Shown here in pieces: positions 40,457-48,765 of a DNA stretch of 64,000 bases. The translations under genes were made by a program, and so were the position numbers. The stretch covers positions 480,001-544,000 of the forward strand of contig OZ242195.1 of assembly GCA_965205975.1 (NCBI GenBank). The letters run 5' to 3'. This stretch comes from Candidatus Latescibacterota bacterium. Lineage in GTDB: Bacteria; Latescibacterota; UBA2968. Numbering within the stretch: position 1 is the first letter of the stretch; each line of letters opens with the position of its first letter. The notes beneath the pieces are model-generated. The model saw nothing but the letters and a program-made list of their open reading frames with translations. It made no database searches and had not been told where the DNA came from.

Positions 40457-41115
40457 AACGCCGAATGAGAGTGCGAATCGAGGGAGATATACGCGAGGAA
40501 TTTGATGAACTGCGCGAGAAACTGAGCCGCCACTTTGAACCTGATACGGATGTTGATCAGGCGCGGCGGATACTCATTGAACACGCGCCTACAATGGTCG
40601 TTGCAAAGGCTCAACTCCTCCTTGATACCTTGTTGAATTACTTGATGGAGGATGCGACGGAGGCATTGACTGATGCCCCAATGACGATTAAGAACGCCTT
40701 TTATGACCTTGACCTTAGAGCTTCTATCAAAGAATCCTTTTCTTTAAAACCTGAATTGCTGGAGTTGTCATTCGACCCGCGGATAATAGCCGGTGGTGTC
40801 GCGGCGGGCTCAACGGCTACAGCAGGCGGACTCATGACCGCATTGTTTCTGAGCGGACTAATCTTCCGAATCATTGGAGGAGTAGCCACCCTTGTCGCCT
40901 CTGCGATTGCCTTTCGAATCGCTCACACAGCCGCAACTGGCACTGCTCTCCAGCGATTGCGGAACGGCTTGGAAGAATACCTGACTCATTCCGAGCAGCA
41001 GATGTCTTCGTGGCTAACAGACATTGAAGAAGACTTCGTCGCAGCCTTCAAGAAGTTCCAGGACGAGGTGGAACGATCAAACGGAGGGAAGTCTGATGGT
41101 TCAGAACCAAGCTGA
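40453..41115 (+). CDS. Helical protein with hydrophobic Gly/Ala hairpin
   Basis: ATGA-coupled to the dynamin; IIAGGVAAG...GLIFRIIGGVATLVASAIAF. Confidence 0.7.
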   Translation: MKRRMRVRIEGDIREEFDELREKLSRHFEPDTDVDQARRILIEHAPTMVVAKAQLLLDTLLNYLMEDATEALTDAPMTIKNAFYDLDLRASIKESFSLKPELLELSFDPRIIAGGVAAGSTATAGGLMTALFLSGLIFRIIGGVATLVASAIAFRIAHTAATGTALQRLRNGLEEYLTHSEQQMSSWLTDIEEDFVAAFKKFQDEVERSNGGKSDGSEPS

Positions 41116-44100
41116 AACTAATATAGAAGATGCTCTGCGTGATCTGCTTCCGTTTATGGAGGCTGCTCACGGCGATGTCCTTGCCCACGTAGAGACAGAT
41201 CTGGATAGGGATAGGCTGATGCGCGGCTCCTATCTCTTCAAGGTTTCCTCTGTGGTCCTTCCCGACGGTGTGGACGACATTCAGGGGTTCATTGAGCAAC
41301 GCTATCGAAGCGTTCTATCTGCAGCACACCGCGCAAACTGGACAGTTCTCACCGCGATTGTTGGTTCGCATTCGGGGGTGTCATTGTACTTGGGCTTCAG
41401 GCCGACACAGACAGATTCGTCTGTCGATCCGGATGTATTCGAACGCATTCTTCAAGGACTGCTGCCGGGACTTGCCCTCGACTTTGAGAAAAACCTGAAA
41501 GTAGAGGCGTTGGTTGGCGGCAAGCGTTTTGGCGGCATGCTCTCGGGAGTGCCCGTATTAAAGATCGATGATGAACGCCAGTACTTTAACTTATCTTCGG
41601 TTGTTCGGAGCCTTCATGGTGAGACATACACTCTGCTATTCGTGTCTCGTCCCGTTCGCGATAACGATCTGTCAAACCAACTGAATGCAGTGTTCGATAT
41701 TCGAGACAAATGCCACACGCTGGCAAGACAAACGTGGACGAAAGAGTCAGGAGAAGGTAAGAATTGGCAAACCAGCCAGACTGAAGGAACGACGGAGACC
41801 GATTCTCGGTTTGTTAAGGCTGCCAGCGGAGCTGTAATTGGCGGAGTTGCCGGAGCAAAGGTCGGAGGTTTGCATGGCGCAGTAATAGGTGCCGGAGTTG
41901 GCGCATCTTTGATTCTGGCCGCATCTGGTCAACGTTCTACATCGAAAGCAGATACTCGGACATATGGTGGTGAGTCGCACTGGAGTGAAAGTCTTTCAGG
42001 AGAACAGCAGGTTACCGTGGCATTGGAATTAGAGCGGATTGCCGAACGGCATACAGATCGACTGATGAAAGCTGCCAACGTTGGTCAATGGGAAACCGCG
42101 ATTACCTTTGCTACAGAGACAGCGGCTGGTCGCGATGTACTAACCGGTGCCCTGCTTGGGGAACTCGCCAAGCCGAGTACAGATGTATATCCGCCGCGCA
42201 TTCATCACGATGACCTAACAAATCAACGCCCGCTCCTTCTCCCCAAATACGACCGTTACAGTGCTGTTTTTCCTAAAAGCCTCGCCTCCTATCTGACCAG
42301 TGAAGAGTTAGCCTCCATCGCCGCGCCGCCATGCGAGAATCTGCCCGGGTATGAGATTCGCCGGACCCCTGCTTTGAGTCTGACGGATATCCGATCCTTC
42401 ACGTCCAGCGAGGGTCGGTCCTTAGGCAATGTCTGCGCCCAGGGTCGTCCACTTGAAGGAGTTGAAGTACGCCTCAGTTCGACCGATCTCGCGAAGCACT
42501 TGTTCGTGTGTGGTCTGACAGGTTCCGGAAAAACCACCACCGTCAAGGAGATACTGGCAGCATTGGATGTCCCTTTCTTGGTTTTGGAGTCGGCGAAGCG
42601 AGACTACCGCCAATTGCTCGGTTGCCCCTCGCTGAAAGGGCCACTGCGTATCTATACACCCGGAGATACTTCGATTGCGCCACTACGATTGAATCCTTTT
42701 CATATCATGCCCGGTGTACCGGCGGGTGTTCATATTGACTATCTCAAGGCGATTTTCAACGCTAGTTTTTCGCTCTATGGTCCTATGCCGTACATCGTTG
42801 AGAAGTGCCTTCACAACATCTATCTAAAGCGTGGTTGGAACTTGACTTCCGGAAAACATCCGCAACTCCTCGACGCTGACGGTCAACCGGACAAACAACG
42901 GTATGACAAGGAAGAGTCGCGATGTTACTTCCCGACCCTTCTTGACCTGCGGGATGAGGTTCAGAAATATGTTCGGTCATTGGATTACAAGGGAGAACTC
43001 TCGGACAATATCAGAACGGCTATCATCACTCGACTGGATAGCCTTGCGGTGGGTGCCAAGGGTCTGCTATTCAACACGTCGAAACCGCTCGACATTGAAG
43101 ATTTGCTGGCGAAACGGACTGTACTCGAGTTGGATGCACTGTCGGACGACGACGATAAGGCATTCGTAGTCGGATTGCTCCTCACGCTCATCAGTGAGTA
43201 CCGGCAAACCAACGACCCTTCCCGTAATCCGTTCGCAAAACCAAGGCACGACCTCCAGCACGACCTCCAGCATGTCCTTGTCATAGAGGAGGCGCACCGC
43301 CTTCTCAAGAATGTTGTGCAGGAACGCCAAACCGAACATCTCGGCAATCCTCGCGGCAAAGCTGTCGAGTTCTTCGCAAATGTGATTTCGGAGATGCGGT
43401 CAATGGGGCAAGGGGTTGCTGTGGTAGAGCAAATTCCTTCGAAACTACTACCCGACGTCATCAAGAATACGAACACGAAAATTGTCCATCGGGTAGTGTC
43501 TCACGATGATCAGGCGCTTCTCGCCTCGACCCTTGGATTGGTAGAACAAGAAGCGATCTATCTCACTTCTCTCCAGACTGGCTACGCGCTCTACGCGACA
43601 GAGGGAATGCAACGACCGATTGAAGTCAAAATCAGGCAGACCCTTTCTCCACGGAAAGTTAGTGACAATCAGGTAATGAAGAAAATGTCTTCAAAGATGG
43701 TCGCAGAAGACGAGGCTAATGTGATGGCAATTCGGCATGCTCTGGGTCCGAAAGGAAATGTCTTGGTCTTGCGATTTCTTTGTACAGTGGCGTGCGGCGA
43801 CTCGTCAGAGTCCTCGGTATATGTGCGCGAAGCCATGGCGCAGTTCAAAGCCCTGCTCCTCAAGCACGACCACAGATTCCCGGAGCCAAGCATCAAGAGA
43901 TTTCTAAGCACAGGCGTTATCGAACTATTGGCGAATGGTCAATTCCGCTTAGCAGACGGCAAGGTGCAGGGTATTGTTCCCTTCATCTCACGTCTCTTAG
44001 ATGGTGATGATCAGGCTGGAGACAGCTTTCGAAAACGATTGGCCCAGGGATGGGGGAAAGATGTGCGGGATGGAGCGATACACCGGATACGCGAACTCGT

Positions 44101-44251
44101 TCTTGACCGAGCATTACGAGGAAGGATTGAGCCCAACGATGCTGATATAAACCGAATCGTGGAAACCTACTTTATTGCGGACATCCCGTCCGTACACGAA
44201 ATTTCAAATCAAGTCTTGAGGCGAATTGGAGGATCGGTATGGATCTCTTAA
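41096..44251 (+). CDS. Large HerA/DUF87 (FtsK-HerA superfamily) ATPase
   Basis: HLFVCGLTGSGKTTT, VLVIEEAHRLL, EMRSMG..VVEQIPSKL, NTNTKIVHR; GGAGG RBS before ATG 41096. Confidence 0.88.
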   Translation: MVQNQAETNIEDALRDLLPFMEAAHGDVLAHVETDLDRDRLMRGSYLFKVSSVVLPDGVDDIQGFIEQRYRSVLSAAHRANWTVLTAIVGSHSGVSLYLGFRPTQTDSSVDPDVFERILQGLLPGLALDFEKNLKVEALVGGKRFGGMLSGVPVLKIDDERQYFNLSSVVRSLHGETYTLLFVSRPVRDNDLSNQLNAVFDIRDKCHTLARQTWTKESGEGKNWQTSQTEGTTETDSRFVKAASGAVIGGVAGAKVGGLHGAVIGAGVGASLILAASGQRSTSKADTRTYGGESHWSESLSGEQQVTVALELERIAERHTDRLMKAANVGQWETAITFATETAAGRDVLTGALLGELAKPSTDVYPPRIHHDDLTNQRPLLLPKYDRYSAVFPKSLASYLTSEELASIAAPPCENLPGYEIRRTPALSLTDIRSFTSSEGRSLGNVCAQGRPLEGVEVRLSSTDLAKHLFVCGLTGSGKTTTVKEILAALDVPFLVLESAKRDYRQLLGCPSLKGPLRIYTPGDTSIAPLRLNPFHIMPGVPAGVHIDYLKAIFNASFSLYGPMPYIVEKCLHNIYLKRGWNLTSGKHPQLLDADGQPDKQRYDKEESRCYFPTLLDLRDEVQKYVRSLDYKGELSDNIRTAIITRLDSLAVGAKGLLFNTSKPLDIEDLLAKRTVLELDALSDDDDKAFVVGLLLTLISEYRQTNDPSRNPFAKPRHDLQHDLQHVLVIEEAHRLLKNVVQERQTEHLGNPRGKAVEFFANVISEMRSMGQGVAVVEQIPSKLLPDVIKNTNTKIVHRVVSHDDQALLASTLGLVEQEAIYLTSLQTGYALYATEGMQRPIEVKIRQTLSPRKVSDNQVMKKMSSKMVAEDEANVMAIRHALGPKGNVLVLRFLCTVACGDSSESSVYVREAMAQFKALLLKHDHRFPEPSIKRFLSTGVIELLANGQFRLADGKVQGIVPFISRLLDGDDQAGDSFRKRLAQGWGKDVRDGAIHRIRELVLDRALRGRIEPNDADINRIVETYFIADIPSVHEISNQVLRRIGGSVWIS

Positions 44252-44784
44252 TCCCTGAGGGTGTTTTGAGACTGGATGCGAGTCTTGAGGCCTCGGCTGA
44301 GGCACGCGAGGCAATCATTGGCGAACAAGGGCTGATCCAACAACTCGATTCAATCAGGTTTGAGTCGACGATAGAGGCTTTAGCTGCACGCAATGAGGCT
44401 GCGCTGAGAGAGAGGCCACAGATTGAGGTCAATCGAATATCCGGTGTTGCACGAGAAGGGATGGTAGATGGCGAATTGGCGCGTGAGTATCCTGCGGAGA
44501 CTGGAAACCGTATTGAGCGTGAGTGTTATTTACGTAACGCTGAGGGGGAGAGCGTTAAGGATCCGGTGACGGGAGAGGCACGCCGAATCGACTTCGCCGT
44601 TATCAAAGATGGTGAGGTCGTAAAGTCAGTTGAGGTGACTTCCGAAACCGCAGACAAGACAGCCCAAATGGCAAAGGAAGAACGTATCCGAGAGGCAGGA
44701 GGAAATTATATCAAGGATCGCCTTACGGGCGGAATGGTTCCCTTTAGTTCCGGCGTGGAGACAGAGATTCTGAGGAGGGCCTGA
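44239..44784 (+). CDS. Putative PD-(D/E)XK restriction-fold nuclease/toxin
   Basis: G..RE helix, then ERE..L, RRIDF, VEVTS and Q..KE pattern; overlaps the ATPase stop. Confidence 0.55.
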   Translation: MDLLIPEGVLRLDASLEASAEAREAIIGEQGLIQQLDSIRFESTIEALAARNEAALRERPQIEVNRISGVAREGMVDGELAREYPAETGNRIERECYLRNAEGESVKDPVTGEARRIDFAVIKDGEVVKSVEVTSETADKTAQMAKEERIREAGGNYIKDRLTGGMVPFSSGVETEILRRA

Positions 44785-45107
44785 TGGGAAATGGAACGAT
44801 ATACGACAAGGTTTCTTGGCACTTTCCGGAAGGGAAAAATTGTCCCAGTCTGGATGCTGCGAAGGTACACTTTGATGTAGTGATGCATTGGCTTAAGTCC
44901 AAAGATTTGCTGTCGGAAGAAGGTTGTGAGGCGATGGAAATCGGTATCGATTCGGACTTTTCGATCACATCCTATATGCTCACCAAAGAGGGCAATCAAC
45001 TCTTGGCGTTGTGCTATACGGAGTGGGCCAATACCGTACAGTATGGCACGCGGCCATCCGAGAGGTTGCTGGAGGATCGCCTGCGGAAAATTGAGAGTGG
45101 TGAATGA
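44784..45107 (+). CDS. Small acidic protein, putative immunity protein
   Basis: TGATG-coupled to the nuclease; YDKVSWH...W...DLL...LTKEGN..Y pattern resembles proteins in polymorphic-toxin immunity positions. Confidence 0.45.
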   Translation: MGNGTIYDKVSWHFPEGKNCPSLDAAKVHFDVVMHWLKSKDLLSEEGCEAMEIGIDSDFSITSYMLTKEGNQLLALCYTEWANTVQYGTRPSERLLEDRLRKIESGE

Positions 45108-45200
45108 AGGCGAATCATTCAAATATGACAGCGATGGCACTATCCTACAAAACGAACACACAATTTGCTCCTACATAATAACAACGGCTAAAGGCCATTT

Positions 45201-46145
45201 ATGCGTAGCAAAAAGCTATCAAAGCGTTCTGGCATCCGACACTCGATTCTCGATGCCATAGGCAATACGCCGATGTTGCGTATCCGGGAATTGGGTGACA
45301 GGATCAATCCCGAGGTTGAAATCTGGGCGAAGTTGGAGATGTTTAACCCGGGCGGATCGGTCAAAGATCGCCCTGCTTTGCAGATGATTGAAGATGCCGA
45401 AAAAGCAGGTGTGCTCACGCCGGAGAAAGTGATTTTGGATTCGACTTCGGGCAATACGGGTATTGCGTATGCCATGATCGGCGCGGCAAAGGGATACCGC
45501 GTCGAGCTGGTCATGCCCGAGAGCGTGAGCATTGAGCGGCGATACGTCATTCAGTCTTATGGATCTGATCTGGTGTTGAGCGATCCCCTTGAAGGCTCAG
45601 ATGGTGCGATTTTGAAATGTCGAGAAATGCTGGCTGCAAATCCCGATTTGTATTACAAGCCCGATCAGTACAATAATCCATCCAATTCCAGGGCGCATTA
45701 TTTGCATACGGCACCGGAAATCTGGTCGCAGACACAGGGGAGGGTGACGCATTTTGTGGCGACGTTGGGCACGAGTGGTACTGTGATGGGTACTGGCAGA
45801 GGTCTGAAGGGATTTAATCCCGATGTGCAAATTATTGCTGTTGAGCCACCCGAATTTCACGGGATTGAGGGGCTGAAAAATATGGATGTGTCCATTGTGC
45901 CGGGTATTTACGATCCATCGGTGTGGGACCAGAAGATACGGATTGAAACGGAAGATGCGTATGATATTGCGCGATGGTTGACGCGAGATATGGGTTTGCT
46001 GGTGGGGCAGTCGTGTGGTGCGGCGATGGCCGCTGCTCTCAAAGTTGCCGAGACTATAGATGAAGGGGTTATCGTCACTTTGTTTCCCGATAGTGGTGAA
46101 AAGTACATGAGTACGCCTCTGTGGCGGCTCGATCCCGTGAGGTAG
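45201..46145 (+). CDS. cysM: PLP-dependent cysteine synthase (CysM-type, sulfur-carrier associated)
   Basis: IGNTP, NPGGSVKDR, STSGNTG, GTSGT; adjacent to JAB and ThiS-like genes; start uncertain. Confidence 0.85.
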   Translation: MRSKKLSKRSGIRHSILDAIGNTPMLRIRELGDRINPEVEIWAKLEMFNPGGSVKDRPALQMIEDAEKAGVLTPEKVILDSTSGNTGIAYAMIGAAKGYRVELVMPESVSIERRYVIQSYGSDLVLSDPLEGSDGAILKCREMLAANPDLYYKPDQYNNPSNSRAHYLHTAPEIWSQTQGRVTHFVATLGTSGTVMGTGRGLKGFNPDVQIIAVEPPEFHGIEGLKNMDVSIVPGIYDPSVWDQKIRIETEDAYDIARWLTRDMGLLVGQSCGAAMAAALKVAETIDEGVIVTLFPDSGEKYMSTPLWRLDPVR

Positions 46146-46147
46146 CG

Positions 46148-46603
46148 ATGTTTGACAAAGCGATTTGGGATGCCATGTTTGTCCACGCACAGCGAGAATA
46201 CCCGGCAGAGTGTTGCGGTATTGTGACCGAAGATGCTGCGGGTGTGCAGGTGATTCATCCGTGTGAGAATATCCAGGACAAATTGCACGCTGCCGATCCC
46301 GAAACCCATCCGCGCACTTCCAGGACGGCCTATCGCATGAACGATATGCATGTGATGAAAATTCAATCGGAGGCGGAGCAAGCGGGTGGGCGGATTGTCG
46401 CGATCTATCATTCGCATATTGACGTTGGTGCTTATTTTTCTCAAGAGGATCAAGACGCGGCAACATTTTTTGGTGAACCAACCTATCCGGGCGTTGTTTA
46501 TCCCATTATTCCAGTAAAAAATGCCCGGGTAGATATCGGTGGGAAAAAAGTTTTTCAATGGCGTGATTCGTCGTCAAAATTTGAGGAAGTGGAAATTCGG
46601 TGA
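46148..46603 (+). CDS. mec: JAB/MPN+ (M67) metallopeptidase, Mec-like
   Basis: YPAECCG, IYHSH...AYFSQED JAMM motif. Confidence 0.88.
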   Translation: MFDKAIWDAMFVHAQREYPAECCGIVTEDAAGVQVIHPCENIQDKLHAADPETHPRTSRTAYRMNDMHVMKIQSEAEQAGGRIVAIYHSHIDVGAYFSQEDQDAATFFGEPTYPGVVYPIIPVKNARVDIGGKKVFQWRDSSSKFEEVEIR

Positions 46604-46625
46604 AATGTAAAAAAGGAGGTAACAA

Positions 46626-46910
46626 ATGGCTGTAACAGTTCGGATTCCAACGCCTTTGCGCAAATTTACAGGTGATCAATCCGATGTAGAAGTGCAGGGC
46701 GCGACGGTTGGGGAAGCTATCGACAATCTCGAAGCGCAGCATGCGGGTATTAAGGAACACATGGTCGATGAGTCGGGCGCTATTCGACGCTTTGTCAATG
46801 TGTATGTCAACGAAGAGGATATTCGCTTTCTGGATGGTCCCGATACCAGCGTCAAAGATGGCGATCAGGTGACTATTGTGCCTGCGATTGCCGGCGGGTG
46901 TTCCTTTTAA
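46626..46910 (+). CDS. cysO: Ubiquitin-like sulfur carrier (MoaD/ThiS, CysO-like)
   Basis: VRIPTPLR, RRFVNVYVNEEDIRFL, PAIAGG + CSF tail; AGGAGG RBS. Confidence 0.85.
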   Translation: MAVTVRIPTPLRKFTGDQSDVEVQGATVGEAIDNLEAQHAGIKEHMVDESGAIRRFVNVYVNEEDIRFLDGPDTSVKDGDQVTIVPAIAGGCSF

Positions 46911-46926
46911 TCGGTATATCTGACTT

Positions 46927-47358
46927 ATGATGCACATTTCCGCTAAAGGTGACTACGGTTTGCGTGCGGTTTTAGACCTGTGTCTGCACGATGGGGAAGG
47001 GCCAATTTTGCGTACAGATATCGCTGCGCGACAACACATCCCCGAAGCGTATTTGGTACAGTTGCTCAATCTTTTGCGAAAAGCCGGATTGGTACACAGC
47101 ATTCGCGGTCCCAAAGGCGGACATGTGTTGTTGAAACGTCCGGATGAACTGACCGTGGAAGAGGTATTGGCTGCTCTGGAGGGACCTGTCAATTTGGTGG
47201 ATAAGCGCGAAAAGGCTGAGGATGCGGGAACAGATGTGCTCAAAGATGTATGGGAAGCTGTAGGAACCGCTGTGCATGATGTCCTGTCATCGGTGACATT
47301 TGACGATTTGTGTCGAAAGTACCGGGCGCGTCAGATGCCTGTCACATTCCGGATATGA
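46927..47358 (+). CDS. Rrf2-family regulator (CymR-like, lacks the IscR Cys triad)
   Basis: YGLRA, YLVQLL, SIRGPKGG, LEG. Confidence 0.88.
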   Translation: MMHISAKGDYGLRAVLDLCLHDGEGPILRTDIAARQHIPEAYLVQLLNLLRKAGLVHSIRGPKGGHVLLKRPDELTVEEVLAALEGPVNLVDKREKAEDAGTDVLKDVWEAVGTAVHDVLSSVTFDDLCRKYRARQMPVTFRI

Positions 47359-48281
47359 TTATGGATGGCGCGAAAACTGGACATACGGTTCTGGATCTGG
47401 TGGGCAATACGCCCATGGTGCAACTGAACTCGATAGGACCTGCAAATGGTGCTCAGATTTGGGCGAAATTGGAATTTTTTAATCCGGCGGGCAGTGTAAA
47501 AGATCGCACGGCACTTGCTATGGTTGAGGCTGCGGAGAAAAACGGGCAGCTCAAGCCCGGTATGACCATTGTGGAATCGACCAGTGGCAATACGGGTATT
47601 GGCCTTGCCATGGTAGCTGCAATAAAAAATTATCAGCTGATTATTACCATGCCCGAAGGCGTCAGCGACGAGCGTACCCGATTGCTCAAAGCTTATGGTG
47701 CCGAGGTTGTGCTAACGCCCGCCCGCGAGGGGATGCGCGGTGCGATTGAAAAAGCGTGGACGCTTAAGGACAAGAACTGTTTTATTCCGATGCAGTTTGA
47801 AAATCCCGCCAATCCCGAGATTCATCGGCAGACCACTGCCCGCGAGATGATTTCGCAACTTGAGGGCGTTCCCGATGCTTTTGTCGCAGGTGTGGGAACG
47901 GGGGGGACAGTGACCGGTGTGGGCGAGGTCTTTAAGCAGGTGCGATCAGATGTCGTGATCGTCGGCGTAGAGCCAAGGGATTCTGCAGTGTTATCGGGTG
48001 GAGAACCCGGCCCCACTGAGATCGATGGCCTGGGCGCAGGCATGATTCCAGATGTGCTGAATACGGAAATACTGGATCGCGTGATTGTCGTATCTAATTC
48101 GGATGCGCGCAAGATGTCAAAGCGGTTGGCCCGAGAAGAGGGCTTGCTGGTAGGGATTTCGTCGGGTGCAGCAGCGCACGCGGCCGTTGTTGTCGCTTCA
48201 GCGATGAGACCTCAACAGATGGTTGCAACGGTATTGTGCGATACTGGTGAACGCTATTTGGGCACGTTTTTGTTTGGCTGA
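47355..48281 (+). CDS. cysK: Cysteine synthase A
   Basis: NPAGSVKDR, QFENPANP, GVGTGGT, GLGAG, DTGERYL. Confidence 0.92.
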   Translation: MIMDGAKTGHTVLDLVGNTPMVQLNSIGPANGAQIWAKLEFFNPAGSVKDRTALAMVEAAEKNGQLKPGMTIVESTSGNTGIGLAMVAAIKNYQLIITMPEGVSDERTRLLKAYGAEVVLTPAREGMRGAIEKAWTLKDKNCFIPMQFENPANPEIHRQTTAREMISQLEGVPDAFVAGVGTGGTVTGVGEVFKQVRSDVVIVGVEPRDSAVLSGGEPGPTEIDGLGAGMIPDVLNTEILDRVIVVSNSDARKMSKRLAREEGLLVGISSGAAAHAAVVVASAMRPQQMVATVLCDTGERYLGTFLFG

Positions 48282-48297
48282 TGCACGCGATTACAAT

Positions 48298-48341
48298 AAA
48301 AAAACCCGGCATCTTTTTGAAGATTGCCGGGCCTTTTTATT
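48298..48341. terminator. Bidirectional terminator
   Basis: AAAAAAACCCGGCA...TGCCGGG...TTTTT between convergent cysK and rpsT. Confidence 0.7.
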
Positions 48342-48353
48342 TGCGCGGATATT

Positions 48354-48611
48354 TTACGATTCAAGAGCAGCGACGTGGCGCCGTACTTTCGATTTGTATC
48401 GGGCGGCCGCATTGCGGTGGATAACGCCTTTTTGAGCTGTTTTGTCAATTGCAGACTGTGTACTATTGATCAGTGCTTCCGCTTCTTCTTTGCTATTTGT
48501 TGCCAGGATTTTTTTTAGAGAAGTGCGCAAAGATGAGCGCGTGCTTTTGTTGCGGAGCCTGGTTTTTTCAGCCTGGCGCATGCGTTTTTTTGATGATGCC
48601 AATTTGGGCAA
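48354..48611 (-). CDS. rpsT: 30S ribosomal protein S20
   Basis: SSKKRMRQ..K.RLRNK...KGVIHRNAAARYKS; TTG start with GGAGGTG RBS. Confidence 0.95.
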   Translation of the reverse strand: MPKLASSKKRMRQAEKTRLRNKSTRSSLRTSLKKILATNSKEEAEALINSTQSAIDKTAQKGVIHRNAAARYKSKVRRHVAALES

Positions 48612-48765
48612 GGGATTCACCTCCTTAGAGAGTTTTCCGGAATTCAGAATACAAAATCTAACCATTTACAGGTATTTGCACAACCCATTTTTCATTTTCT
48701 TGTTTTTTTGTGCTTCTGTCGTATTTTACCGCCCGGGGTATTTAATCTAATCAGGAGGAATCACA

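Noticed and set aside
45100..45261. Short ORF after the immunity-like gene
   Set aside because: About 53 codons, overlapping cysM, no motif; may be a truncated remnant but cannot be supported.
46148..46910. JAB + ubiquitin-like genes as CBASS/Bil-type defence
   Set aside because: No E1/E2 or cyclase; flanked by cysteine synthases, so sulfur-carrier metabolism explains them.
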